Sequence record: OR544954
Direction: 5' to 3' (one strand)
Origin: Escherichia phage vB_EcoM_EP32a
Length of the DNA: 64,000 bases
Every line of letters starts with the position of its first letter. Within the stretch, counting starts at the first letter, position 1. Made by a program: the position numbers and the translations under genes. The notes under the pieces are model-generated. The model was not told the origin of the DNA. It saw nothing but the letters and a program-made list of their open reading frames with translations, and did not search any database. This document shows positions 11,851 to 20,553 of the stretch, piece by piece.

Positions 11851-12273
11851 TTGTTTGAAGTGGAAGAGCATGAGCTCCAACAGTTTAAATATCTCTTGAA
11901 GAAATTTAAGAGTCGTCATTCTAGCACTAAAGCCGAACGTTATTGTGGTAATACACCATTCAGTGATTGCTCGCTTTTAATCTATGAATACTTGGTTGAA
12001 GGGCTGTTCTCAGACCAGCTTTATCCAGAATTTATTAAAAAGGTCTTTGATATTGAAGTCGACCTCGGTAATAAATCTGAAGAAGACGAAGCGCGTGTAT
12101 TTGACCTGTTCCATGAGAATGGATATTTAGTATCAGAAGGTCTCATTGATATTCTTGGCCATGCTTCTGAATACTATGATTACGATTTCTTGCGTGTAGT
12201 TGAACGTGTCGAATTTGCTTATATTGAAGAAGAAATCGTTTTGCCAACCGTTAAAATGGTTGATTTGCTTTAA
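11851..12273 (+). CDS. hypothetical acidic protein (possibly truncated by an upstream in-frame TAG)
   Basis: ORF track 140 aa with a non-ATG start; the same frame is open from ATG 11758 but contains TAG at 11815-11817. Confidence 0.45.
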   Translation: MFEVEEHELQQFKYLLKKFKSRHSSTKAERYCGNTPFSDCSLLIYEYLVEGLFSDQLYPEFIKKVFDIEVDLGNKSEEDEARVFDLFHENGYLVSEGLIDILGHASEYYDYDFLRVVERVEFAYIEEEIVLPTVKMVDLL

Positions 12274-12342
12274 GAATTATGTGTTATTATTAATTCATAC
12301 CCTCTATTACCAAAGGTGCTCTAAAGTGCCTTTCATAATAGA

Positions 12343-12416
12343 AAGTTATTTAGGCCCTGTAGCTCAATGGTTAGCAGCAGTCCCCTCATAAGGGAAAGGT
12401 TACCAGTTCGAATCTG
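12343..12416 (+). tRNA. tRNA with CAU anticodon (Met or Ile2), no encoded CCA
   Basis: Anticodon stem TCCC/GGGA with loop CTCATAA; T-arm ACCAG-TTCGAAT-CTGGT; acceptor pairing is imperfect. Confidence 0.55.
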
Positions 12417-12432
12417 GTCTGGGTCATATATT

Positions 12433-12509
<77 letters not shown>

Positions 12510-12527
12510 ACTTTAAGTGAGGAAAAT

Positions 12528-12923
12528 ATGAAAGGCAATGTTTATCTGGTAGTTCATGATTTAACGTTTTATTTTAACGAACGTGAAACAGTTATTTCCG
12601 ACCGGTTGATTAATTCGTTATATCAACACGCTGATTACGTTTATTTCCAAAATGAATTTGGCCATTGGAAGTTCATTAAAAACCGTTCTGGGTTAACTAG
12701 TTTTGAATACTTTGACCGTAAAGACCTTTTAAACGAAATCCCATTGCAACATCGGTTCCAGAAACGCGAATCATTATATTATTGCCGTCATATATCAAAT
12801 GCTGAATGTGTTGATGAAGTAATTAATCTATGGCGTAGACGTAGAGAAAACAAATTGATGATATGTCAAAATAAGAAGCCGGGTCGCTACCGGCAAGTCG
12901 TCGGACTGATGTTCCCTGAGTAA
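12528..12923 (+). CDS. hypothetical protein downstream of the tRNAs
   Basis: ATG 12528 after GAGG; ORF-track start 12480 would overlap tRNA-Arg. Confidence 0.5.
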   Translation: MKGNVYLVVHDLTFYFNERETVISDRLINSLYQHADYVYFQNEFGHWKFIKNRSGLTSFEYFDRKDLLNEIPLQHRFQKRESLYYCRHISNAECVDEVINLWRRRRENKLMICQNKKPGRYRQVVGLMFPE

Positions 12924-12929
12924 GGACTG

Positions 12930-13160
12930 GTCTTAATAAATCTTTACGATTTGTTAATATCCCCTTACATCACAGCAGAAACGGCGCACCGAATTATCGA
13001 TTCGAGGAAATATCTTTGCCGTAAGCCGAGTAGCGTTTTTGACGGAACGTTCGGATATGGTCGAGATATGGCCTTTTAAAAATATTGAGTAGCGTCAACT
13101 GCTTAATAACCGGGTTCGAATCCCGGCGTTTCGTACAAACACTTTGCCTTAGTAGGTGGA
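12930..13160 (+). ncRNA. possible tRNA-like stable RNA(s), cf. T4 rnaC/rnaD
   Basis: Non-coding stretch with T-arm-like CCGGGTTCGAATCCCGG and repeated GAGTAGCGT; sits where T4 has species 1/2 RNAs. Confidence 0.35.
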
Positions 13161-13186
13161 ACCCCGACAAGGTTGCCGCAAGGCTT

Positions 13187-13215
13187 AGCCCCTTCCGAAA
13201 GGTCGGGGCTTTTTG
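13187..13215 (+). terminator. Rho-independent terminator
   Basis: AGCCCC ... GGGGCT hairpin followed by TTTTT. Confidence 0.6.
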
Positions 13216-13226
13216 AGGAAAATGTT

Positions 13227-13529
13227 ATGAGTCTTTACACTGAACTGAATAAAAAATCTGAAGAATCTGCTGAAACTATTTTTAAAAACGTGCAAAAGCG
13301 TATTTTAGAAAAGATGTATAACGCTGCAGCTAAAGGTGAAAAATCTTGCCGGTTTCCGATTAGGTGTTCTTCCGATTTATGCGCAAATACTATTGAATGG
13401 TTGGAAAGTGAAGGTCTTACGGTAGAGAAAAACCCGGCGACTTCTATTGGCAGTGAATCATATATTAGTATTTCTTGGGATAAATCAACAAAATTAAAAA
13501 TAATGATGTACAAGCACCAAGGATGGTGA
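13227..13529 (+). CDS. hypothetical protein
   Basis: ATG after GAGG; MSLYTELNKKSEE... Confidence 0.5.
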   Translation: MSLYTELNKKSEESAETIFKNVQKRILEKMYNAAAKGEKSCRFPIRCSSDLCANTIEWLESEGLTVEKNPATSIGSESYISISWDKSTKLKIMMYKHQGW

Positions 13530-13537
13530 TACTATAG
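13505..13537 (+). promoter_or_regulatory. T4-type early promoter
   Basis: TGTACA ... TACTAT. Confidence 0.4.
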
Positions 13538-13565
13538 ACTTATCAACTACAAAGGAGTAAACAAA

Positions 13566-13730
13566 ATGACTACTTTAATTATTTGGTTCGATGAAAATGA
13601 AGAAACATACTGTGTGAATATTGGTGAAAGTCCAATGCCTGAATTTGAATCCTCAGATAAAAACTCTGTTGTATCTTGGGCTGAAGGTTATAAAGCCGCT
13701 AAAGGTGACGTTGAAATAATTTACATCTAA
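13566..13730 (+). CDS. small hypothetical protein (54 aa)
   Basis: ATG after AAGGAG; below the ORF-track size cutoff. Confidence 0.4.
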   Translation: MTTLIIWFDENEETYCVNIGESPMPEFESSDKNSVVSWAEGYKAAKGDVEIIYI

Positions 13731-13776
13731 GTAAGTTTATGTTATAGTAATCACATCAAATAAAGAGGAAAACAAA

Positions 13777-14004
13777 ATGGCTAAAGTTAGTATTGATGTC
13801 GTTGATTATGAATACACCGAAGAAGTTATTCGCAACCGACACCCTGAAGTTCGTATCGATTCAGTCCAAGATTCCAAGTTCTGGACAACTGAGCTTAATC
13901 TGAGTGGTCCTTATGAAGCTGTTAAGAAGTTCATGGTTGAAGAATACTGCGAAGGCATGCACCCTGAAGATGCAGAATTTTATGTCAACTTGATTAAAAA
14001 ATAA
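13777..14004 (+). CDS. hypothetical protein
   Basis: 75-aa ORF after AGAGGAAA. Confidence 0.5.
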   Translation: MAKVSIDVVDYEYTEEVIRNRHPEVRIDSVQDSKFWTTELNLSGPYEAVKKFMVEEYCEGMHPEDAEFYVNLIKK

Positions 14005-14040
14005 TTTACAAACTCTCGAGAGCAGAGTATAATGCTCTCG
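14003..14040 (+). promoter_or_regulatory. T4-type early promoter with flanking inverted repeat
   Basis: TTTACAAACTCTCGAGAGCAGAGTATAATGCTCTCG; near-identical copy at 42768. Confidence 0.5.
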
Positions 14041-14074
14041 TTGGATAATAAACCACCAATTGAAAGGTAATAAT

Positions 14075-14668
14075 ATGAACACACTGAAGAAACTTGTTGA
14101 ATTCATCCGCACTAAACTGGGTACTGCTATGGCTAAAAATCTGACTGTCGAAGAACAGTATAACGCAGCTGCAGATAAGTTGATTACCCAAATCAAAGAA
14201 CTAAAAACGGCTTCTGTTAAATCTATTAATGAAGAAAAACGTATTCGCGAACTTGTTAATGAAAAGAATAAGCAAGCCGCTTCTAAGGAACGTGAAATTC
14301 GTAAGCTCCTGGCTGAAGGACAAGATGTTACTATGCATGCTAAGCTTGGTCTTCTGTATCGTCGAACTGCCGAACAACTTAATACAAAAGCTGACGGGTA
14401 TGCCGCTATGCGAATTGAAATTGCTCGTAAGGTGGTTGAACTTGATGATGCTCGTCAGAATCTGGCAATCAAACTCGAATACATTCGTGAAACTCGAGCA
14501 GCCAATGCCCTTGGTATCTCTACGGCTGATGATGTAATTGAAATCGCTGCACTGACTAAGGTTGATATCGAAGACACTCTGACTCGTGTTGAAACGTTCA
14601 ATGGCACTCCAGCCGGTGTCGAAACCACTTCTGCTGATGTACAAGAATATATTAACTCTTTGAAATAA
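14075..14668 (+). CDS. hypothetical coiled-coil protein
   Basis: 197 aa, alpha-helical and charged. Confidence 0.55.
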   Translation: MNTLKKLVEFIRTKLGTAMAKNLTVEEQYNAAADKLITQIKELKTASVKSINEEKRIRELVNEKNKQAASKEREIRKLLAEGQDVTMHAKLGLLYRRTAEQLNTKADGYAAMRIEIARKVVELDDARQNLAIKLEYIRETRAANALGISTADDVIEIAALTKVDIEDTLTRVETFNGTPAGVETTSADVQEYINSLK

Positions 14669-14717
14669 AATAATACGGAGGACTCCGGTCCTCCTTTTGG
14701 ATAATAAAGGAGTTAAC

Positions 14718-15320
14718 ATGCGAAACCAAAATAATGATATTGACTCAATGTTCGAAGAGTTCCGAAATAAGGTAAATCCACCTACGTCTTTAGTTGATTC
14801 ATTACGATATGTTGCAACTGGACGTAAATGGTACTGGTCGTCTTCTTATGAGACTACTGAGAAAACGGCCAGCCATAGCAGAAAATCTTTATTAGCCCCA
14901 GGTATTATGATTCATGATATCGGAGCTATTGCTAAACTAGTTGCAGACCATGATATTAGATTCACTGATTTCGTTGCTCCTACGTGGTCTGTTTGTTGTT
15001 TAAACACTGAATGGGAATATATCAGCGAACGCTCTAAAGATTATTATGGTTTTAGAGACAAGCTTTTAAGGTCTAACATGTTTTATATTGATACAGAAGT
15101 TCTGGTCAATAATAAAAAATACTACTTCACTTTAATCATCGATTCTGAAACTATGTATGAAGGCAAGCCTTTGCTTAAGAGAGTTGATGCTTTAAGTGCT
15201 ATTGATGCGCTTTATGAAACTATGGTTGTTAGTCCTAATTTCACTAACAATTTAATCCTTGAGCAATTTATTATGGAATGTAGAGAATATGTCAAAGCCA
15301 ACCCTATACATGCCAAGTAA
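14718..15320 (+). CDS. hypothetical protein
   Basis: ATG after AAGGAG; 200 aa. Confidence 0.55.
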   Translation: MRNQNNDIDSMFEEFRNKVNPPTSLVDSLRYVATGRKWYWSSSYETTEKTASHSRKSLLAPGIMIHDIGAIAKLVADHDIRFTDFVAPTWSVCCLNTEWEYISERSKDYYGFRDKLLRSNMFYIDTEVLVNNKKYYFTLIIDSETMYEGKPLLKRVDALSAIDALYETMVVSPNFTNNLILEQFIMECREYVKANPIHAK

Positions 15321-15684
15321 GCCCTGGGCGTATGAATACAAGCGTAAATTAATCCCAAATGAAGTACTATTTGGCCCTATTTTAGCTTTAGCATTTTTAA
15401 TCTTTATGATTATAGGAGCTGTTTTAGATTCTAGTGAAGTTATATCGTCTGATGCAGCATTTTCATTAATGTTCGTCGCACCACTTATTGTACCGTTTTT
15501 ATTAATGCCTATTAATTGGGTAGGATATTGGCACCAAGGCCGTCATCACAGAGCCCGATTAAGAGAATGGAAAGTTCAGTGCGCAAAAGCCCAAGCTCAG
15601 TATGATGAAGCTGTTAAAAAGTATGAATATGAAGAAGCTATGGAATTCGTTAAGGAAATAAGATGCAAAAGCCTCAACTCTTAA
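15289..15684 (+). CDS. small membrane protein, C-terminal FVKEIRC motif (family member 1)
   Basis: Hydrophobic N-terminal segment; start uncertain (15289 or 15310). Confidence 0.45.
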   Translation: MSKPTLYMPSKPWAYEYKRKLIPNEVLFGPILALAFLIFMIIGAVLDSSEVISSDAAFSLMFVAPLIVPFLLMPINWVGYWHQGRHHRARLREWKVQCAKAQAQYDEAVKKYEYEEAMEFVKEIRCKSLNS

Positions 15685-16022
15685 CCGTATGGCCTTCTCT
15701 TGGTGAGAACATTCTAATTTTTATTATGAGTATTGGCATGGGATTTGCCTTTGGATTAGTTGGATTTCTTATTGACGGCGTTGTGTTAGGATTTATAGGG
15801 AACACTGGTGGATTCACAGACCAATGGCAGGACTTACGGTACACCCAAGCCTTTGCATCCATCGCATCATTTTGTACTGTAGTCTATTTTTACTACGATT
15901 TTATAAACCACAACAAGAAAAATAAAAAGGTTTACGCTTCTCAAATGATTAGTTATAATGAACTCCTAGCTAGACGTGAAAATGAAACAATCGAAAACTT
16001 TATTAAGGAATGTAGAAAATGA
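15663..16022 (+). CDS. small membrane protein, C-terminal NFIKECR motif (family member 2)
   Basis: TM-like segments, then ...ENFIKECRK. Confidence 0.55.
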   Translation: MQKPQLLTVWPSLGENILIFIMSIGMGFAFGLVGFLIDGVVLGFIGNTGGFTDQWQDLRYTQAFASIASFCTVVYFYYDFINHNKKNKKVYASQMISYNELLARRENETIENFIKECRK

Positions 16023-16324
16023 GTAAGATTATTGAAATTAAAGTACCAGAGTTTAATGATGCCAAATCCGCTTCAGATGCAATTTATAAACTTCTGAATC
16101 AAGCTGAACGTATCGAAGAAGAAGCAACAAAGATCGCAGACCAATATGCCGTATCATTTTCTGTAGGTGATTATGGTAGCGGTCGTACTTATTATCCTAA
16201 GGGTGAAATCGTATCCCAGTGGATGAAAGATGAAATTGAAAATAATGGCGGCGATGTTAAGCGTGAAGGTAATGGATACGTTATTACTGAAGGTGCTTGG
16301 GTTTCGTCTTCTGCGTTGTGCTAA
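16019..16324 (+). CDS. small protein, C-terminal GAWVSSSALC (paralog 1 of 3)
   Basis: 101 aa; tandem with 16334 and 16616. Confidence 0.55.
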   Translation: MSKIIEIKVPEFNDAKSASDAIYKLLNQAERIEEEATKIADQYAVSFSVGDYGSGRTYYPKGEIVSQWMKDEIENNGGDVKREGNGYVITEGAWVSSSALC

Positions 16325-16333
16325 GGAATCATT

Positions 16334-16606
16334 ATGTCTAAAGAACAAACCGAACTGGCTGAAGCTGTAGCAAAAATCTATGCAGCTATTGAGGCTGCCA
16401 AAGAAATTGCTGATAAACAAAACACAACATTCAACTTGTACCCAGCTTATGGTATGGGTGGAACCTATCATTCACCCGGACATCTTAAAGCCGATCTTGA
16501 ACGTTGTACAAAAAACGGCTATGCTGAATGGGCTGACGTTTACCAATACGACTACAACCTGAGCCTCGAAACTGGTGGTTGGGTCGCATCTTCTCACACT
16601 TGCTAA
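16334..16606 (+). CDS. small protein, C-terminal GGWVASSHTC (paralog 2 of 3)
   Basis: 90 aa. Confidence 0.55.
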   Translation: MSKEQTELAEAVAKIYAAIEAAKEIADKQNTTFNLYPAYGMGGTYHSPGHLKADLERCTKNGYAEWADVYQYDYNLSLETGGWVASSHTC

Positions 16607-16615
16607 GGAAACAAT

Positions 16616-16813
16616 ATGTCTCGTGAATTAGATTGTGCTGTACGTACGGCAGTAGCTGCTCTGGAAAACCTGTTCCAAATTGCAACAGAAGAACGCGAAG
16701 AAGTTACATTATGGATTGAAGATAACGCAGGTCTGAATCTCCAGGACGCGATCTCATTATCCCACAATAGTATCACTGTTCAAGGCTGGGTATCATCTAG
16801 TTATTCTTGCTAA
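16616..16813 (+). CDS. small protein, C-terminal QGWVSSSYSC (paralog 3 of 3)
   Basis: 65 aa. Confidence 0.55.
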   Translation: MSRELDCAVRTAVAALENLFQIATEEREEVTLWIEDNAGLNLQDAISLSHNSITVQGWVSSSYSC

Positions 16814-16815
16814 AA

Positions 16816-16856
16816 CAGTTTACAACAAGATAGGGCTATGTTATAGTAGTCCTATC
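16816..16856 (+). promoter_or_regulatory. T4-type early promoter with flanking inverted repeat
   Basis: GTTTACA ... TATAGT in palindrome ATAGGGCTA/TAGTCCTAT. Confidence 0.5.
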
Positions 16857-16875
16857 AAAACAAATGGAGTCCACA

Positions 16876-17115
16876 ATGATTTATTACGAAAGTATCGGAA
16901 CCAAAGTGGTTGGCAAAACCATTACTCGTGAAAAGTTTGCAAAGATATTCGATATGCGTTATAAAAAATCTGAACACAAAGGCATCCGATTCGAAGATGC
17001 GCACTGTACAATTTGCCCTTATAATGAAGACATAAACGGTACAATCGTTCCATTGGTAGAAGCTTCACATGATGACCTCTGGGATGAATATAATATCGCA
17101 TGTCGTGAAATTTAA
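16876..17115 (+). CDS. hypothetical protein
   Basis: ATG after GGAG. Confidence 0.5.
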   Translation: MIYYESIGTKVVGKTITREKFAKIFDMRYKKSEHKGIRFEDAHCTICPYNEDINGTIVPLVEASHDDLWDEYNIACREI

Positions 17116-17143
17116 GTTAATGAATTAATCCGAGGAAAATATT

Positions 17144-18100
17144 ATGATGTTAGTTATTGGTTCTCGTGCACTTCACTATCACGGTCTTATTGATTCTAGC
17201 GCTATCAAAAATAGTGATTGGGACTTTATTGCGGACCAAGGTTCTTGGAATGCATTCAAAAATCAAATGATGGGTGTATATGTCCACCAAGATAACCCTG
17301 ATGTCCAAGTTTTCAAATGCTTCCATAATGGTCGCGAAACTCATTTTGAAGCATATATTGTTCCGGCAATCACTAATGTCCGTGAATTAGTCGGTGAACT
17401 CACTCCTGAAGATTTCACATCTTCTTATGACCTTTTAAAATACGCCAAGAAAAATTTGACTAAAGACCGTTTGAACGGGTTTTACTGGGCAACTCCTGAG
17501 ATATGTCTTGCAATTAAGATGTCTCATCGTTTCAAGAAAAATAATCCATTCTTTTTAAAGACTATGAACCATATTCAGTATCTTCGTGGTAAAGGTGTTA
17601 CACTGAACGATGAACTTACTGAAATTATGCTGAAACGCCAAAAAGAAACTTTGAACTATGCTCACCCTGTTCTTGACACTTCTAAAAGTGCGTTCTTTAA
17701 AGATGACATCTATACATATGACCATGATACTATTCACGAAGCCATTGCACTAACAGACCGTCCGGCTTATATGTTTTACATGAAAGATGGTTCTGAAGTC
17801 ATGACCTCACGCGAGAAGTTCGAATCATTACCGGAAATGGTCAAATTGGCCGGTGTATATGAAGAATCATGTGTACTAGCATTAGAACGTTCTCAGATTC
17901 CTAACGACTTTAAAATCCATCCACGTGATAGTTTTATGATGGCCCTTGAAAAGGTCTGTACATCAATCACATCAGGATGGTTCCGTGAGTTCGCTTGGGA
18001 AAATTATAGCAAAGTAGTAAGTATGTACCAAAGCTTAGGACACGACGATTACGTCAAGCGTTTCAAACAAAACTTTCATATGGTAAAACCTTTCAAATAA
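17144..18100 (+). CDS. hypothetical 318-aa protein
   Basis: Long ORF in the hyperplastic region; no family recognised by eye. Confidence 0.6.
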   Translation: MMLVIGSRALHYHGLIDSSAIKNSDWDFIADQGSWNAFKNQMMGVYVHQDNPDVQVFKCFHNGRETHFEAYIVPAITNVRELVGELTPEDFTSSYDLLKYAKKNLTKDRLNGFYWATPEICLAIKMSHRFKKNNPFFLKTMNHIQYLRGKGVTLNDELTEIMLKRQKETLNYAHPVLDTSKSAFFKDDIYTYDHDTIHEAIALTDRPAYMFYMKDGSEVMTSREKFESLPEMVKLAGVYEESCVLALERSQIPNDFKIHPRDSFMMALEKVCTSITSGWFREFAWENYSKVVSMYQSLGHDDYVKRFKQNFHMVKPFK

Positions 18101-18110
18101 TTTCACAAAA

Positions 18111-18150
18111 CAGTTTACAAGGTCTGTAGTTGTTGATACTATAGACCTAT
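18111..18150 (+). promoter_or_regulatory. T4-type early promoter with flanking inverted repeat
   Basis: GTTTACA ... TACTAT; AGGTCT/AGACCT. Confidence 0.5.
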
Positions 18151-18180
18151 CAAAACAAATGAGTGAATGGAGATATAAAA

Positions 18181-18381
18181 ATGACTACTTTGAATAAACG
18201 TTTCGGTAAAGCTAAACCTGGTTGTGCAGCAGAACGTCGTTATGTTTTCGCTCAGTTAGAAGATGTAGAGTATCAGATTAATCAAGTTCACATTACTGGT
18301 ATCGAGCCTATGTGTGGCCTTGAAGCTCTTCGTGAAGTTCGTGATGGGTATCGTCGTGACATCGAAGAAATGTCAAAATAA
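18181..18381 (+). CDS. hypothetical protein
   Basis: 66 aa. Confidence 0.5.
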   Translation: MTTLNKRFGKAKPGCAAERRYVFAQLEDVEYQINQVHITGIEPMCGLEALREVRDGYRRDIEEMSK

Positions 18382-18420
18382 GTGTACAAACTGATAGGAC
18401 TATGTTATAGTAGTCCTATT
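18382..18420 (+). promoter_or_regulatory. T4-type early promoter with flanking inverted repeat
   Basis: GTGTACA ... TATAGT in palindrome. Confidence 0.5.
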
Positions 18421-18439
18421 AAAACATGAGGAGAATATT

Positions 18440-18745
18440 ATGAAATTAGGCGAAACCAACCGAATTGGTCTTTTAACAATATTTGTATCACTTTTTTACG
18501 CAGCTCTTTCTGTTGCAGTATTACAAAAGGCTTACAGTATGGATGGTGTTCCTGGTTGTATATTTTTATCACCATTTTTGCTATTCGTTGGAGCTTTGTT
18601 ATTATATGCCACGTCTGGTTTCGACAATAATGTCTGGGTCAATTATAAACGTAAATTGTCTGAAGAAGAACACGCAGAAGCTCGTAAAAAAGCTATTGAA
18701 TCTACCAATCTAGAAAATTTCATTAAAGAATGTCGAGGAAAATAA
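18440..18745 (+). CDS. small membrane protein, C-terminal NFIKECR motif (family member 3)
   Basis: Two hydrophobic segments, then ...LENFIKECRGK. Confidence 0.55.
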   Translation: MKLGETNRIGLLTIFVSLFYAALSVAVLQKAYSMDGVPGCIFLSPFLLFVGALLLYATSGFDNNVWVNYKRKLSEEEHAEARKKAIESTNLENFIKECRGK

Positions 18746-18789
18746 TATGAATAGTTCTAAAGTGTTTAATAGTCAAGCTCGTGCAGTAG

Positions 18790-19347
18790 GTGGTTTTGCT
18801 CACGCGATTAAAAATGACCAGATTAAAAACGAGCCTATGTTCTTCAACTGTAGTATTTGATTCACGAGTCCATATGCTGATGCCTGGTTGGTATCCTGCT
18901 ATTCCAGGTTATCACCATGACGATGTACCACGCCCGGATATTCCAGTTGGTCAACACTTTATTACTGCAGGACAACCTGACTATGACAATCCTCGCTATT
19001 TGTCTGAACACATTCTTGGTCTTGTTAACGCTGATGTGTGTCCTACTCATTTTGCAACAGGAACTGCAGAGTTCAGTCAGATTCCTGATGGCGAACTTAT
19101 CTATCGCCAGTGGCACAAAGAAGTCCTCGAAAAAATCGAAAAAGGTGAACTAGAGAAATGGGAAGCTCCGGACCGTACTCTTCTTCAGTTTGATTGGCAA
19201 ACATGGCACACTGGTTCTCGTGCAATTAGTAATGGATGGCGTTGGTTCGGACGTGTATCTCGTAATACAGACCGAGTTAAAAAGATTACCAATGAAATTC
19301 GTGTCAATGCTCAAGTTTATCTGGAATTCCCTATGGAAGGCTGGTAA
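18790..19347 (+). CDS. hypothetical protein (start uncertain; possible frameshifted N-terminus)
   Basis: ORF in a +1 frame relative to the short ORF 18747-18860 that has the good start context. Confidence 0.4.
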   Translation: MVLLTRLKMTRLKTSLCSSTVVFDSRVHMLMPGWYPAIPGYHHDDVPRPDIPVGQHFITAGQPDYDNPRYLSEHILGLVNADVCPTHFATGTAEFSQIPDGELIYRQWHKEVLEKIEKGELEKWEAPDRTLLQFDWQTWHTGSRAISNGWRWFGRVSRNTDRVKKITNEIRVNAQVYLEFPMEGW

Positions 19348-19838
19348 TGATTAACAAAACATATTGGTCTAATATTGACGACGGCAATGAAGGTATTTCA
19401 TACTATTCAGTAGATTGGACAGGATGTCCATCCTACTTAGTGAAACGTATTTGCCAAGAATTTAAAATCGACCAGCCAGCAGGTATTATCGTGAACAGAT
19501 ACATTAATGGATATCAACCTATCGATGAAGTAATACGAACAACTCAAGCTGAGCTTGAAAAGTTTTTCAATAAGTGCCAATGGATAACAGGATGGATTAT
19601 ATTTGTACCGTCTATATGGTTTTTCAGTACTAAGGTGAGTTCTTTCGGTTTTGTTGATATTATTGCTATCTTATTAGCATCTACTATCGTAAGTATTATT
19701 GGCGGTATAATTGGTGGAGGTACTGTAGGCATCATTATTAATCTTATTAAAAGTAGTTTACAAGAACATAAAGACAAGATAAAAGCCAAGAATAATGAAG
19801 TTGAACGTTTTATTACCGAATGCAGGAATTTGAGATGA
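19347..19838 (+). CDS. membrane protein, C-terminal RFITECR motif (family member 4)
   Basis: Hydrophobic core with GGIIGGG, then ...VERFITECRNLR. Confidence 0.55.
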   Translation: MINKTYWSNIDDGNEGISYYSVDWTGCPSYLVKRICQEFKIDQPAGIIVNRYINGYQPIDEVIRTTQAELEKFFNKCQWITGWIIFVPSIWFFSTKVSSFGFVDIIAILLASTIVSIIGGIIGGGTVGIIINLIKSSLQEHKDKIKAKNNEVERFITECRNLR

Positions 19839-20071
19839 GTATAGCAATTTACATTAAATCAGAATCATGTGATAGTTATCTGTACACATACGATAAAGAT
19901 GTGTCAGAAGAAAAAATCAAAGACGACCTTAATACGGATCTTGATATGTTCTGTCCTATTGCAGATTACAAACTTGCGGTCTCTAATAGTGAAAGTCCAT
20001 CTAAAGAAACGCGCATTGAAGAATTTATGTCCGAATTAATGGCCAAATCATGGGACCGAGATGATGAGTAA
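19835..20071 (+). CDS. hypothetical protein
   Basis: 78 aa. Confidence 0.45.
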   Translation: MSIAIYIKSESCDSYLYTYDKDVSEEKIKDDLNTDLDMFCPIADYKLAVSNSESPSKETRIEEFMSELMAKSWDRDDE

Positions 20072-20519
20072 GAAAAATAAAGTGAAAGAACTATCAGCCG
20101 GTATTATTTTCCTTACCGAAGATAAAGAATTATTCATGGGGCGTGTAACTGGTTCTCGTCCTAAAGGTTCTTTAGCTCATCGCTGGGATATTCCTAAAGG
20201 ACGTGTCGAGCCCGGTGAATCTCCTATTGAAGCCGCTATTCGCGAATGCGAAGAAGAAACTGGGTTTACACAATATGACCCTGCCTTCCTGAAAGACCTA
20301 GGTGAACATCATTACTCAGACAATAAGAATATTCATCTGTTCCTATATACCATCCCTGTAGAGCACGAGCAATTCAGAAACAGTGCTTGTAATTCCTATC
20401 ATACATTCCCAGACGGACGACAGATTCCTGAATTTGATGCGTTCGCTTTAATTAAACCTTCTCAATGGGAATATGTAATGGGCAAATCATTATATAAGGT
20501 GCTCACTACCCTCCTATAA
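20061..20519 (+). CDS. nudE: Nudix hydrolase NudE (e.1)
   Basis: Nudix box GRVEPGESPIEAAIRECEEETGF; directly upstream of e. Confidence 0.85.
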   Translation: MMSKKNKVKELSAGIIFLTEDKELFMGRVTGSRPKGSLAHRWDIPKGRVEPGESPIEAAIRECEEETGFTQYDPAFLKDLGEHHYSDNKNIHLFLYTIPVEHEQFRNSACNSYHTFPDGRQIPEFDAFALIKPSQWEYVMGKSLYKVLTTLL

Positions 20520-20528
20520 GTAATAAAT

Positions 20529-20550
20529 ACCTCCTATAAACGTGGGAGGT
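20529..20550 (+). promoter_or_regulatory. hairpin sequestering the lysozyme SD
   Basis: ACCTCC ... GGAGGT stem includes the GGAGG SD 4 nt before the e ATG; cf. known T4 gene e control. Confidence 0.45.
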
Positions 20551-20553
20551 ATT

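Noticed and set aside
12528-12923. Homing endonuclease (segB-like) next to the tRNAs
   Set aside because: No convincing GIY-YIG or HNH motif could be read; left as a hypothetical protein.
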